Positions 37,779 through 51,461 of a stretch of DNA of 64,000 bases are shown here, one piece after another; position 1 is the first letter of the stretch, and each line of letters starts with the position of its first letter. The position numbers were made by a program, and so were the translations under genes. The notes beneath the pieces were generated by a model. The model was not told the origin of the DNA, ran no database searches, and saw nothing but the letters and a program-made list of their open reading frames with translations. The stretch is from an uncultured Acidobacteriota bacterium (lineage in GTDB: Bacteria; Acidobacteriota; Vicinamibacteria; Fen-336), in contig CAYTWT010000009.1 in the NCBI GenBank assembly GCA_964442185.1, positions 186 to 64,185 of the forward strand. The letters are read 5' to 3'.

Positions 37779-40240
37779 GGACGCACCCCCTCTCCGGCGA
37801 ATTCGGATGCGACCGACTTCGCTCCGCGATGGCCCTCGGGGACAGGCGCCGTTGCCGGATCGAGAGGCTCGACCGCCATGCTCACCGGGTACTCGAAGCG
37901 CGGCATTTGCGGGGCGCGATAGCGACCCGCGAGCGCCGCGACGATCTTCTCGGGCGTGATCGGTACTTCGTCGATGCGGATGCCGAGAGCCTCGTGGATC
38001 GCATTCGCGACCGCCGGGATCACCGGCAGCAGCGGACCCTGGCCGCACTCCTTCGCGCCGTACGGACCTTCCGGATCCAGGGTCTCGACCAGGATCGAGT
38101 CGACGGGCGGCATCTCCAGTGTCGTCGGACTCTTGTAGTCGAGCATCGACGGGATCTTGTGCAGGCCCTTGCGAAAGACCTGCTCCTCCATCAAGGCCTC
38201 GCCCAGGGCCATGTACACGGAGCCTTCGACCTGGCCGAGCACCAGCATCGGGTTCAAGGACCGGCCGATGTCATGAGCAATCCAGACCTTGTCCACGCGC
38301 ACGATGCCGGTCTCCTTGTCCGCTGAGAGCTCCACGGCGGCAACGGAGTAGGAATACGTCGGCGTCGGGCCCACACCCGAGCCCTTCCACTTTGCGACAC
38401 TCCTGGGTGGTTTGTACGAGCCCACCGAGCCGAGCGTGCCGTTCGCAGACTCGGCAAGCACCACGGCCTCCGCGAAGGAGAGCGAGCGGCCTGGGTCGGC
38501 GGCGTCGAAGATGCGGCGTCCGCTCGCCCGCAGGCGGCCGACGGAAAGCTCGAGCTTGCTCGCTGCGGCCTCGAAGATCAGCTTGCGCAGCTTGCGCGCC
38601 GCCTGGATCGCCGCGTTGCCGGTCATCAGCGTGACACGCGACGAATACGAGCCGAGGTCGACGGGAGTCAGGTCGGTATCCGCGGTCACGACGCGAATGT
38701 CTTCGAAGCGGATGCCCAGCTCCTCGGCCACGATGTAGGCGAGGATCGAATCGGAACCCTGGCCGATGTCCGTCGAGCCGCAGAACACCGTCACGCCGCC
38801 ACCGCGATCCAGCTTGATCTGGACGCCCGATTGAGGCATCGCATTCCAGTAGATCGGCAAGCCCGCCCCCGTCAGGTACGCCGACGCCGCGATCGCGATG
38901 CCACGGCCGGGCCCGAGCTTGCCGTGCTTCTCCCGATAGCCGCTTCTCTCGATCACGCGCTCGAGGCAGGCCTTGAGGCCGATCGTGCGGACGTACATGT
39001 GATTGGCGGTGACCGTGTACGGCTCGAGGCAGTGGTCGATCCGCCACTGCGCCGGGTCGAAGCCGAGCTCCTCGCAGAATTTGTCGATGTGGCACTCGAG
39101 AGCGAAGCGCGGCTGCGGCGTTCCGTGCCCGCGCTTGGGTCCACACGGCGGCTTGTTCGTGAAGACGCGCACGGCCTCGAAGCGATAGCGTGGGATCCTG
39201 TATGTCACCGTCTGCAGCGCGCCGGTGTAGTAGAGGCTCGCGACCCCGTAGCTGCCGTACGCGCCGCCGTCGAGCGCCGTCTTGAAGTGCATCGCCGTGA
39301 TCGTGCCGTCCTTCTTGAGGCCGGTCTTCACCCACATCTTCACGGGATGGCGTCCTCGATGGCAGTAGAAGACTTCCTCGCGCGTGAGCGTCAGCTTCAC
39401 CGGCCGGCCGGTCTTCATCGAGAGTTTGCAGGCGACGATCTCGTGGCCGAACGGGTCGCTCTTGCCGCCGAAGCCGCCGCCGTTCGGGCAGGCGATCACG
39501 CGCAGATGCGAGGGCGGCATCTCGAGCACCTTCGCCGCGGCCCGATGGACGTAATGCGGCGTCTGGGTCGAGGACCACAGCGTCAGCTTCCCGTCCGCGC
39601 CCGCCGCCGCGACACAGGCGTGCTGCTCCATCGGCAGGTGCGTGTTGCCCTCGAAGTAGAAGGTGTCCTCGCGAATGTGCTCGGCCTCGGCGAAGCCGGC
39701 TTCGACGTTTCCGAAGTCGAACGACACCTCCTTGTGGACGTTGCCGCGTGGACCGTAGTCGTGGATCCGCGCGGCCCCCCCAGCCCCCCCACCGGCGAGC
39801 GCGTCGTCGATCGACATGAACGCGGGCAGCGGCTCGTAGTCGACCTCGATCATGGCGCAAGCGGCCTCTGCGCTCTCCTCGTCGACCGCCGCGATGGCCG
39901 CCACTGGATCCCCGACGAAGCGGACCTTGTCGATGCAAAGCGCGTGTTCGTCCTGGCTGACGGGCAGGATCCCGAATGGAATGGGCAGCTCGCCGCCCAC
40001 GAGCGTCGCAAGCACCCCGGGCTGCGCCGCGGCCTTCGAGACGTCGATGCGCTTGATCCTGGCGTGAGGATGCGGGGATCGCAGCAGTTTGGCGAAAGCC
40101 ATGCGTGGCAGCACGAGGTCGTCGGCGAAGACCGTCTGGCCCGTCACCTTGGCCGCGGCGTCGACTTTCAGCAGCGATTGGCCGATGACACGCAGCGGCT
40201 CGCCCGCCTCGCCGGGCGTGGGAATCCGGGGATCAGCCAC
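37775..40240 (-). CDS. molybdenum hydroxylase molybdopterin-binding large subunit
   Basis: 821 aa. N-terminal a/b-hammerhead (KVTGQTVFADDLVLPRMAFAKLLRSPHPHARI) plus MoCo-binding domains. Confidence 0.85.
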   Translation of the reverse strand: MADPRIPTPGEAGEPLRVIGQSLLKVDAAAKVTGQTVFADDLVLPRMAFAKLLRSPHPHARIKRIDVSKAAAQPGVLATLVGGELPIPFGILPVSQDEHALCIDKVRFVGDPVAAIAAVDEESAEAACAMIEVDYEPLPAFMSIDDALAGGGAGGAARIHDYGPRGNVHKEVSFDFGNVEAGFAEAEHIREDTFYFEGNTHLPMEQHACVAAAGADGKLTLWSSTQTPHYVHRAAAKVLEMPPSHLRVIACPNGGGFGGKSDPFGHEIVACKLSMKTGRPVKLTLTREEVFYCHRGRHPVKMWVKTGLKKDGTITAMHFKTALDGGAYGSYGVASLYYTGALQTVTYRIPRYRFEAVRVFTNKPPCGPKRGHGTPQPRFALECHIDKFCEELGFDPAQWRIDHCLEPYTVTANHMYVRTIGLKACLERVIERSGYREKHGKLGPGRGIAIAASAYLTGAGLPIYWNAMPQSGVQIKLDRGGGVTVFCGSTDIGQGSDSILAYIVAEELGIRFEDIRVVTADTDLTPVDLGSYSSRVTLMTGNAAIQAARKLRKLIFEAAASKLELSVGRLRASGRRIFDAADPGRSLSFAEAVVLAESANGTLGSVGSYKPPRSVAKWKGSGVGPTPTYSYSVAAVELSADKETGIVRVDKVWIAHDIGRSLNPMLVLGQVEGSVYMALGEALMEEQVFRKGLHKIPSMLDYKSPTTLEMPPVDSILVETLDPEGPYGAKECGQGPLLPVIPAVANAIHEALGIRIDEVPITPEKIVAALAGRYRAPQMPRFEYPVSMAVEPLDPATAPVPEGHRGAKSVASEFAGEGVRP

Positions 40241-40769
40241 GGCCGCCGCCGGTTTCGACTCTCAGCGTCTCCAGCGCGACGGGGAGCGGCGGATCCTCGC
40301 CACGCATCCGCGCCCCGGCCAGCTCGACCGCCTCGAAGATCTTGAGGTACCCGGTGCAGCGGCAGAGGTTTCCCGCCAGCGCTTCGGCGATCTCGGCGCG
40401 ACTCGCTTCTGGCTTCTCCCGGAGCAGCGCCTCTGACGTGAGCAGAAAGCCCGGCGTGCAATAGCCGCACTGCGCTGCGCCCAGGTCGGCGAACGCCTGC
40501 TGCAGGGGATGTAGACGCGCGCCCTCGGCCATCGCTTCGACCGTGCGAATCTCGCGGCCCTCGCATTCCACGGGCAGGCTCAGGCACGAGAGGATCGGCT
40601 GGCCGTCGACGAGCACCGTGCAAGTGCCACACTCCCCGAGCTCGCAGCCGTGCTTCGTGCCCATCAGGCCCAGCTCCTCGCGAAGCACCTCGAGCAGCGT
40701 ATGGTGCACCGGCGCGAGGCACTCCCGCTCTTCGCCGTTGACCTTCAGCCGAATCCGTTCCTTGACCAT
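40233..40769 (-). CDS. molybdenum hydroxylase [2Fe-2S] small subunit
   Basis: CGTCTVLVDGQPILSC and CGYCTPGF...CRCTGY 2Fe-2S motifs. ATG at 40769 is in frame with track ORF 40233..40919. Confidence 0.8.
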   Translation of the reverse strand: MVKERIRLKVNGEERECLAPVHHTLLEVLREELGLMGTKHGCELGECGTCTVLVDGQPILSCLSLPVECEGREIRTVEAMAEGARLHPLQQAFADLGAAQCGYCTPGFLLTSEALLREKPEASRAEIAEALAGNLCRCTGYLKIFEAVELAGARMRGEDPPLPVALETLRVETGGGRG

Positions 40770-41058
40770 CAGGACGCCCTCTCGCCTCCCTGAACGCGCG
40801 TTCAAACGAGCACTATAGCTGGTCAGGACGGCACAGTCCAAGGCGCCTTTCGGCTGTCTCCCGCGAGATCCGACGACGCCCCAGAGGGCGGGAGCCACAA
40901 CCCTCCGTCGATAGTGCAAAGACCCGGCGCCGGCTTCGGAACTGCGGATCGAAGGGGAATGGTCCTACAGGTGAATCGACTTCCACCTCGCCCGGCGCGG
41001 GCCACGCTCCTGAGGGCGAAGGGTCACGGGCAGACGGGGCGCCTCAGCACCCCAAGGC

Positions 41059-41529
41059 TCAGTCGCCGACCTGCTGAGCCAGGTAGTTCTCGATGCCGAT
41101 CTCCTCGATCTGGTGGAGTTGAGCCTCGAGCCAGTCGATGTGCCCTTCCTCGCTCTTCAGGATCTCTTCGAGGAGCGAGCGCGTGCCGTTGTCGCCTTTT
41201 TCAGCACTGAGCGCGATGCCGGCGTTCAGCCGCTTCACGGCGTCGTACTCGAGCTGCAGGTCGAACTCGTGCTGCTGCTTCACGTCCTTGCCGACCTGCA
41301 CCTTCATGTATTTCTGCATGTTCGGCTGGCCATCGAAGTAGAGGATGCGATCGATCACGAGCTGGGCGTGCTTCATCTCGCCGATGGATTCCTTGTGGGT
41401 GTACTCGGCCAGGCGCTTGTAGCGCCAGTTCTCCCGCATGCGGGCGTGGATGAAGTACTGGTTGATCGCCGTCAGCTCCGCGCACAGCACGTCGCCCAAC
41501 ACCGCGATGACGTCGGCATTTCCCTTCAA
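41059..41529 (-). CDS. bfr: bacterioferritin
   Basis: MKGNADVIAVLGDVLCAELTAINQYFIHARMRENWRY...EGHIDWLE is the bacterioferritin signature, including the heme-ligand Met region. Confidence 0.9.
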   Translation of the reverse strand: MKGNADVIAVLGDVLCAELTAINQYFIHARMRENWRYKRLAEYTHKESIGEMKHAQLVIDRILYFDGQPNMQKYMKVQVGKDVKQQHEFDLQLEYDAVKRLNAGIALSAEKGDNGTRSLLEEILKSEEGHIDWLEAQLHQIEEIGIENYLAQQVGD

Positions 41530-41781
41530 CGCTCACCTCCGCCCCTAATCCCAGGCGAAGATTCTAATGCAAAGACCGACTCTTCGTAGAAAAGTCAGCG
41601 TCGGGAGGCGAGGTAGGCTTTGAGATCCGGGAGGCAAACGGTGCAGGTTTGAGCGCAGCCGGTGTGCTTGCCGAGATCCTCGAGACTGAGGCGCCATAGA
41701 CCAAAATCTTAACTGAAACTGAATGTCAGGTTCACGTTGTCTGCAAAGCGAGCGGCCTGCGGGTGCTAGAATCGCAGCATC

Positions 41782-42072
41782 GTGCCCGAGGCCCTCGACG
41801 TCACCTGCCCGTGCTGCTCGGCCCTGCTCAAGCTGGATCCCGAGACCGGGGCGATCATCTGGGTCGAGCAAAAGAAGGCCCCGGCCAAAGACTTCGACGA
41901 TCTGGTGAACCGGGTGCATTCGCAGAAGAGCCAGCTCGATGAGAAGTTCGCGCGCTCGGTCGAACAGACGAAGCATGCGAAGCAAATCCTCGAGAAGAAG
42001 TTCGAGGAGGCTCGGCGGCGTGCCGAGGCCGATCCGACCGGGCGGCCACCCAGTCCCTTCGACAACGAATAG
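41782..42072 (+). CDS. hypothetical small Cys-containing protein (possible zinc-ribbon-like N-terminus, Lys/Glu-rich tail)
   Basis: VTCPCCSALLKLDPETGAI; ORF-track prediction with GTG start; no family recognised. Confidence 0.4.
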   Translation: MPEALDVTCPCCSALLKLDPETGAIIWVEQKKAPAKDFDDLVNRVHSQKSQLDEKFARSVEQTKHAKQILEKKFEEARRRAEADPTGRPPSPFDNE

Positions 42073-42079
42073 GCGGAGA

Positions 42080-42601
42080 GTGCCGGCTGGCAGGGCCGTT
42101 TCGCTCTGGCTCGCTGGCTTGTGGCTGGGTCTGCTTCTGGCTTCCTGGGTTTCGGCCACAGCGAGCTTCCGGGGCGTCGATCGCGTTCTGGGGCCCGGAC
42201 TGCGGCCCGAGTTGGACGCGAGGCTGACAGCGGTCGCTCCTGGCGATCGCCGCCTGGTCCTGCGCCACCTGGCCGCTGAGATCAACCGCTGGATGTTCCA
42301 GCGCTGGGCCTTGGCTCAGCTGGCACTGAGCCTCGCCCTGCTCGTCGCCGCGTGGCGTGGCGGAGCGCCGCTGCGAGCAATCGGGGTGCTGGCGCTCGCG
42401 ATCGTCGTCGTGCAGTCGTTTGCGCTCGCACCGTCTATCGAGGCCCTGGGCCGCTCGATCGATTTCCTGCCCCGCCCGCTGCCTCCCGAAATCGGCCGCC
42501 ACTTTGGCCTGTTGCATGCGGGGTTCGTCGGCCTCGACCTCGCCAAGGCAGTGGTGCTCCTGGCCGCGGGATACCTGCTCGCGCGCCGTCCGTTCCCTTG
42601 A
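42080..42601 (+). CDS. hypothetical integral membrane protein (about 4 TM helices)
   Basis: Track ORF 41939..42601 trimmed to the GTG at 42080 after the upstream stop. Hydrophobic helices LWLAGLWLGLLLASW, LALSLALLVAAW, IGVLALAIVVV, VVLLAAGYLLA. Confidence 0.4.
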   Translation: MPAGRAVSLWLAGLWLGLLLASWVSATASFRGVDRVLGPGLRPELDARLTAVAPGDRRLVLRHLAAEINRWMFQRWALAQLALSLALLVAAWRGGAPLRAIGVLALAIVVVQSFALAPSIEALGRSIDFLPRPLPPEIGRHFGLLHAGFVGLDLAKAVVLLAAGYLLARRPFP

Positions 42602-42605
42602 CCTC

Positions 42606-43598
42606 GTGACGCCCGTCTCGGTGATCGTTCCCGTCAAGGACGGGGCCGCGTTCCTGGAGCGGACCCTGCCGCCGCTCGTCGCCAGCTTGCCACTGGGCGT
42701 GGAGCTGATCGTGAGCGACGATGGGTCGAGCGACGCCTCGGCAGCGGTGGCCCGGACGAACGGCGCGCGCTTGGTGAACCACGCGGCGACCACGGGTCCC
42801 GCCGGCGCGCGCAACCGTGGCGCGAGCTCCGCCCACGGCGCGATTCTCGTTTTCCTCGACGCGGACGTCCGCGTTCACGCCGATACCCTCACGCGACTCC
42901 TCGGCGCCTTCGAGGATTCGGCTGTCGCGGCTGCGTTTGGCTCCTACGACGAAGCGCCACAGGCCCGTTCCTGGATCAGTCTCTACAAGAACCTGGCCCA
43001 CCACTTCGTCCACCAGCGCTCGAGCGGAGAGGCCGCGACGTTCTGGGCGGGCTGCGGGGCGATCCGGGCCTCGGTTTTCCACGAACTGGGCGGCTTCGAT
43101 GAGACGTATCGACGGCCGTCGCTCGAGGACGTGGAACTGGGCTACCGGCTTCGCGCAGGCGGCCACCCTATCCGGCTACTACCCGAGGCGCAGGTCACGC
43201 ATCTCAAGGAATGGTCGCTGGCGAGCTGGCTGCGCGCCGATTTCGCCGACCGTGCGGTGCCGTGGGCCCGCCTGCTGCGCGAGGGGCGCGGCCTCCCCCG
43301 CGATCTCAACTTCACCTGGATGGATCGAGCGGCATCGCTGCTGGTCGGCCTCGGTTGTGTCGGCCTCGTTGGCGGGGCCCTCGTGCCCCTGGCGGCGCTG
43401 TTCGGCGGTGCCGCGCTCGCACTCGCGATCACGCTCGATGCGCCCTTCCTCGGCTTCTGCGCGCGTCGGGTCGGCGTTGCCTTTGCCATCGCGGCCGCGG
43501 GCCTGCATCTCCTGCACCGCATCGCGGGCCTCACGGGTCTCCTGCTCGGCTTCGCAACGGCCGGGCGGCGGCTTGCCTCGACCCCGTCCTCAACCTAA
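42606..43598 (+). CDS. GT2-family glycosyltransferase with C-terminal transmembrane helices (GtrB/ArnC-like polyprenyl-phosphate glycosyltransferase architecture)
   Basis: VSVIVPVKDGAAFLERTLP, SDDGSSD, FLDADV DxD motif. C-terminal helices LLVGLGCVGLVGGALVPLAALF. GTG at 42606 is in frame with track ORF 42357..43598. Confidence 0.65.
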   Translation: MTPVSVIVPVKDGAAFLERTLPPLVASLPLGVELIVSDDGSSDASAAVARTNGARLVNHAATTGPAGARNRGASSAHGAILVFLDADVRVHADTLTRLLGAFEDSAVAAAFGSYDEAPQARSWISLYKNLAHHFVHQRSSGEAATFWAGCGAIRASVFHELGGFDETYRRPSLEDVELGYRLRAGGHPIRLLPEAQVTHLKEWSLASWLRADFADRAVPWARLLREGRGLPRDLNFTWMDRAASLLVGLGCVGLVGGALVPLAALFGGAALALAITLDAPFLGFCARRVGVAFAIAAAGLHLLHRIAGLTGLLLGFATAGRRLASTPSST

Positions 43599-43636
43599 GA
43601 TCGGCTGGGGCTTGTTCCTCAGGAGGTCAGCGAAGC

Positions 43637-44125
43637 ATGAAGCGTCGAGTGTTCCTTTCGTCATCCCTCTTTGTCCTGGTCGTTCTACCCATCTTCGCGC
43701 ATGCTGTGCCGCGTGGCGAGGCGAAGGCGACGCTGGCAGGCAAGGCCGTCTCGATCGAGTACGGCCGCCCCAGCCTGCAGGGCCGCGATGCGCTGAGCCT
43801 CGCGACGGTGGGCGAGCCGTGGCGCATGGGCGCTGACGCTGCGACGACGCTCACCACCGCAGCGGATCTCGACTTTAGCGGCGTTGCCGTTCCCAAGGGC
43901 GGCTACATCTTGACTGCCACGAAGGACGACAAGGGCGCCTGGACGCTCAACGTCCGCGACAAAGCCGACCGCAAGAACGTGATCGCCAACGTCCCACTCG
44001 TTTCTGCCGCCCTGACGGAGAGCGTCGAGCTGTTGACGATCGATCTCAAGGGCGAGAAGGACAAGGGCAGCTTCACGATGAGCTGGGGGACCGGGGCCTT
44101 CTCGGCAAGCTTCACCGGCAAGTAG
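43637..44125 (+). CDS. DUF2911-family secreted protein
   Basis: RBS AGGAGG then ATG. Signal peptide, then GKAVSIEYGRPSLQGRD...GEPWRMGADAATTLTT as in DUF2911. Confidence 0.6.
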   Translation: MKRRVFLSSSLFVLVVLPIFAHAVPRGEAKATLAGKAVSIEYGRPSLQGRDALSLATVGEPWRMGADAATTLTTAADLDFSGVAVPKGGYILTATKDDKGAWTLNVRDKADRKNVIANVPLVSAALTESVELLTIDLKGEKDKGSFTMSWGTGAFSASFTGK

Positions 44126-44188
44126 CCGCACCTGGACTCGGGGGGTAAGGACCCGCGCCCCCCTTCGGGCTCGCCCCCAGCCGCCACG

Positions 44189-44893
44189 CTAGCGGCCGGC
44201 CTTCCGTTCCTTGAAGACCGTCCACGCGATCGGGAGAACGGAGAGGAGCACCACCACCAGCGCAATCTTGTCGATGTTCGCGGCGAGGTCGAAGCCAGGC
44301 ACGAACCGCTGCAGCAGCGGCGGCAGGACGTACCCGGCGATCACCATGCTCCACACCCAGGTGAAGGCGCCCAGCACGTTCCAGGCCACGAAGGTTCGGA
44401 ACCGCATCCGGGTTACGCCCGCCACTATGGGAGCAAACGTCCGCACGATCGGAACCCAGCGCCCGGCCACGATGAAGAACGTCCCCCAGCGCTCGTAGAA
44501 GCGCTCGGTCCTCTGAAGATAGGCCTGCTTGAAGATGGGAATGCCCAGGAAGGCCACGTCCCTCCAGGTGTAGAGCGCCCGCCCAAACCAGGTCCCGAGC
44601 CAATAGCCCACCTGGTCGCCCAGCACACCGAAGACAGGAACGACCGTGAGCAGGAGCGGCAGCGACAGGAGCGGCCGGCCATCGGCCCCTGGAGTGGCCG
44701 CGAAGATGCCGCACAGCACGAGCATCGAGTCGCCCGGGAGCAGAGCGAAAAAGCCCGTCTCCGCGAAGATCACCAGGCAGATGGCCGGCAGGCCGCCGGT
44801 CTGGATGAGCCACTGAATGCCCTCCGGCTTCAGCAACCAGAGGAGCTTCTCAACGAACTCCAGGGCAGTCTCCTCCTGCGTGCCGGTTGGCAC
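44189..44893 (-). CDS. dedA: DedA/SNARE-associated (TVP38) family membrane protein
   Basis: ETGFFALLPGDSMLVLCGIFAA and GRWVPIVRTFAPIVAGVTRM DedA motifs. Confidence 0.8.
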   Translation of the reverse strand: MPTGTQEETALEFVEKLLWLLKPEGIQWLIQTGGLPAICLVIFAETGFFALLPGDSMLVLCGIFAATPGADGRPLLSLPLLLTVVPVFGVLGDQVGYWLGTWFGRALYTWRDVAFLGIPIFKQAYLQRTERFYERWGTFFIVAGRWVPIVRTFAPIVAGVTRMRFRTFVAWNVLGAFTWVWSMVIAGYVLPPLLQRFVPGFDLAANIDKIALVVVLLSVLPIAWTVFKERKAGR

Positions 44894-44947
44894 AATCCAG
44901 TTCGAGCCTCGAAGTCCAGGCGCGAAGCGGAGTCGCCCGCATCCCGT

Positions 44948-47110
<2,163 letters not shown>

Positions 47111-47191
47111 GCGGTCTCCTAGCCGGGTGATCTCCCCTTAAACACGAGGACCGGGGAGGTTAAGCCGATCGGCCCGCTCTCGTCAAGGCGG

Positions 47192-48561
<1,370 letters not shown>

Positions 48562-48565
<4 letters not shown>

Positions 48566-48855
48566 TTCTTTCCGCCGCCGCGCTTCTTGAACATGCCGAC
48601 CATGCGCCAGGTGATTAGATACCCGCCCACGACGTTGATCATCGAGGCCGTCACCGCCGCGGTGCCGAGGATCGTCGAGAGCGGTGTCTCCTGCTTCCCG
48701 GCGATCACGAGGGACCCGACCACGGCGATGGCCGAGATCGCGTTCGTGAGGGACATGAGGGGCGTGTGCAGCAACGGCGAGACGCGCTTGATGATCTCGA
48801 GGCCGATGAACGTCGCGAGCAGCAGGATGTAGAGCAGCGGAAGCAGGTCTTGCAG
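48562..48855 (-). CDS. pntAB: NAD(P) transhydrogenase subunit alpha part 2 (membrane PntAB); start uncertain (putative CTG after an AAGGAG RBS)
   Basis: LHTPLMSLTNAISAIAVVGSLVIAG...INVVGGYLITWRMVGMFKKRGGG matches alpha-2. The first TM helix (LYILLLATFIGLEIIKRV) lies upstream of the TTG-based track ORF 48562..48774. Confidence 0.55.
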
Positions 48856-48888
48856 CGGCGCGTCTCCTTGAGTAAGTGGCCTTTTGGC

Positions 48889-50391
48889 CTATTTTTTGGC
48901 GTCCGGGCTTCGCAGCTTTGCGAGCACGCTGTGGTGACGTCCGTAGCCGAAGTAGATCGCGAAGCCGAGCGCGAGCCAGCCAAAGAGCCGGTACCAGTTC
49001 TCGACGCCCAGGGAGAACATGAGCATCAGACAAGTCAGGATGCCCGCGATCGGCACGAAGGGCACGAGTGGAGCGCGGAAGGGTCGCTCGGCTTCGGGAT
49101 GCTTGGCCCGCATGATCAGCACGGCAATGCAGACGACAACGAAGGCGAACAGCGTGCCGATGTTCGTCAGCTCCGCCAGCACTCGAATCGGAAGCAGGGC
49201 TCCCCCCACGCTGACGAAGGCTCCGGTCAACAGGGTTGCCTTCCAGGGCGTGCGGTACTTGTCGTGAATCGCGCCGAAGAAGCTCGCGGGGACGAGGCCG
49301 TCCCGCGCCATCGCGAGCCAGACGCGAGGCTGGCTCAGCATCATCACGAGCAGGACCGAGGTGATCCCGGCGATTGCGCCCAGCGAGACGAGGAACTGGG
49401 CCCATGGCAGGCCCGCCTGGGCGAAAGCGTTCGAGACCGGCGCCTTCAAGTCGATCTTGTCGTAGGGAACCATGCCGGTCAGCACCGCGGCCACTGCGAT
49501 GTAGAGAACGGTGCACAACACCAGCGAAACGATGATCGCGATCGGCACGTCGCGATTCGGCCGACGCGCTTCCTCGGCATGCGTGGAAATGGAGTCGAAC
49601 CCGATGTAAGCGAAGAAGATGATCGCCGCGCCGGCGAGAACTCCCACCGGCGCGCCGGTCGGCGAGGTCTGTCCGAGCACCGGCTGGCCGAAGAAGCTCA
49701 AGCCAGAATAGCCGTAGGGCGCGAAGGGGTGCCAGTTCTCCGGGTTGACATAGAAAGCGCCCACGCCGATCACGAAGAACACCACGACGAGCTTGATGAC
49801 CACCATCGCGGTGTTGAAGCGTGCGCTTTCCTTGATTCCGATCACCAGCACGTAAGTCACCGCCAGCGCGATCAGAACGGCCGGCAGGTTGAAGAGCGTG
49901 CCCGTCATCGTGAAGCCCGTGGCGGGATCGAAGTCGAACGGCGCGCTCCCGAGCAGCTTGGGCCAGTGCAGCCCGAAGACGGTCAGGAAGTCCTGAAAGT
50001 AGCCGGACCATCCCTGGGAGACGGCGGCGGACGCCACCGCGTACTCGAGGATCAGGTCCCAGCCGATGATCCAGGCGGCCAGCTCGCCGAGCGTCGCGTA
50101 GGCGTACGTGTAGGCCGAGCCGGCCACCGGCGTCATCGAGGCAAACTCCGCGTAGCACAGCGCCGCAAAGATGCACGCGATGCCCGACACTACGAACGAG
50201 AGCATCAAGGCGGGACCGGCCTTGTCGTGGGCGGCGACGCCGGTCAGCACGAAGATGCCGGTGCCGATGATGGCGCCGACGCCGAGGCTGGTGAGCTGGA
50301 CCGGGCCGAGAACGCGGCGCAGCCGGTTCTCCCCCTTGGCTTCTTCGAGCAGCATGCTGAGCGGTTTGCGTGCAAACAGTGGACTGGACAA
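48889..50391 (-). CDS. APC-superfamily amino acid permease (YhdG/cationic amino acid transporter-like)
   Basis: SSPLFARKPLSMLLEEAKGENRLRRVLGPVQLTSLGVGAIIGTGIF matches the conserved N-terminal segment. TTG at 50391 follows AAAGGGGGG; the track ORF starts earlier, at 50445. Confidence 0.7.
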   Translation of the reverse strand: MSSPLFARKPLSMLLEEAKGENRLRRVLGPVQLTSLGVGAIIGTGIFVLTGVAAHDKAGPALMLSFVVSGIACIFAALCYAEFASMTPVAGSAYTYAYATLGELAAWIIGWDLILEYAVASAAVSQGWSGYFQDFLTVFGLHWPKLLGSAPFDFDPATGFTMTGTLFNLPAVLIALAVTYVLVIGIKESARFNTAMVVIKLVVVFFVIGVGAFYVNPENWHPFAPYGYSGLSFFGQPVLGQTSPTGAPVGVLAGAAIIFFAYIGFDSISTHAEEARRPNRDVPIAIIVSLVLCTVLYIAVAAVLTGMVPYDKIDLKAPVSNAFAQAGLPWAQFLVSLGAIAGITSVLLVMMLSQPRVWLAMARDGLVPASFFGAIHDKYRTPWKATLLTGAFVSVGGALLPIRVLAELTNIGTLFAFVVVCIAVLIMRAKHPEAERPFRAPLVPFVPIAGILTCLMLMFSLGVENWYRLFGWLALGFAIYFGYGRHHSVLAKLRSPDAKK

Positions 50392-50468
50392 GGAGGCCCC
50401 CCTTTCGGGCGCCCATACGATGCTTCCGGTTGCGCGCCGCGTCAAGCGCCCCCTGGCCGCGGTGCGTG

Positions 50469-50493
50469 AAAAAGGCCCCGCTTTCGCGGGGCC
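50469..50493 (-). terminator. rho-independent terminator downstream of the BON-domain gene
   Basis: On the minus strand: GGCCCCGC-GAAA-GCGGGGCC, an 8-bp GC stem, followed by UUUUUCAC. Confidence 0.55.
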
Positions 50494-50519
50494 TCGTTCA
50501 TGCAGCTGTGGCTGTGGGC

Positions 50520-51302
50520 TCAGATCTCGATGGCGGGGCCCTCGATCAGCGCCGGCCTCGCGTCCTCGGGTTTCTCCCCATCGACGTGCAGCTTGCTGAC
50601 CACGTCGAAGGCCAGCGTCTGGCGAGCGATGCTCTCGATCTGGACACGCTCGACCGAGCTCTGGACGAACCCGGTGAGCGTCACACGGCCGCGGTCGACG
50701 ATGATGCGGATCGGTGGGTTCACGCGGTTGCGGTACTGCGCAAAGTCGATGCTGCCGTAGATCTGCGCGTAGATCTGGCGCCGCAACTGGTCGTCGAAGG
50801 GCGAGAGCGACTGCACGCTAATCTGGTTCTCGATCGCGCGCACGCCGGCGACCCGCGCCACCGCCGCGTCGAGATCGCTCTTCCGGTTGGGGCGGTACAC
50901 GGAGCCCGCCAGCGTCACGACGCCCTTGTCTACGCCCAGCTCGACGCTGTCGAAGACGCCGTAGTTCGGGTAGCGCAGGATGGCGCTGCGCACGTCCTTG
51001 GTGATCTGCGCGTCGGTGCGCTCCTCCGGGATCACGCGCACGCGGTTCTCGACGACCTTCGACTCCTTGCGCGCGGCCCGCTCGGCCTCGCGGCGCGCGG
51101 CAACCGTCGTGACCGCCCCTTCGAGGATCACGGCGCCCTGGTCGGCGCTCACCTCGACAGCACCTTCGCTCAGGAGCTTCGACTTCGCGAGGCGATCGAG
51201 GACGCGCTGCTTGACGTCTCTCTCGTCGGCCGCGGAGGGGAGGGCAGCCAGAATGAAGATGGCGGCCGCCGCTCCCGTCACGCGATGAAAGGTTCGGTTC
51301 AT
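50520..51302 (-). CDS. BON-domain (OsmY-like) periplasmic protein, three BON repeats
   Basis: Signal peptide MNRTFHRVTGAAAAIFILAALPSAA. Repeated VTLAGSV/VTLTGFV BON-type segments. Confidence 0.7.
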   Translation of the reverse strand: MNRTFHRVTGAAAAIFILAALPSAADERDVKQRVLDRLAKSKLLSEGAVEVSADQGAVILEGAVTTVAARREAERAARKESKVVENRVRVIPEERTDAQITKDVRSAILRYPNYGVFDSVELGVDKGVVTLAGSVYRPNRKSDLDAAVARVAGVRAIENQISVQSLSPFDDQLRRQIYAQIYGSIDFAQYRNRVNPPIRIIVDRGRVTLTGFVQSSVERVQIESIARQTLAFDVVSKLHVDGEKPEDARPALIEGPAIEI

Positions 51303-51461
51303 GATTCCCTCTGCTCCGAGGCCAAGCCCCCTCGGCGGCCTCTAGCCATCCCTTGGTAGCAAGTCCCTTGCCAGTTCCCAAATGGCGTCAAGTGAGTGAA
51401 CTGAAACAGCTTCACATCCCTTGACGTGCACGGCTTGTCCGCGGGCGCGGACGACGAAGGA

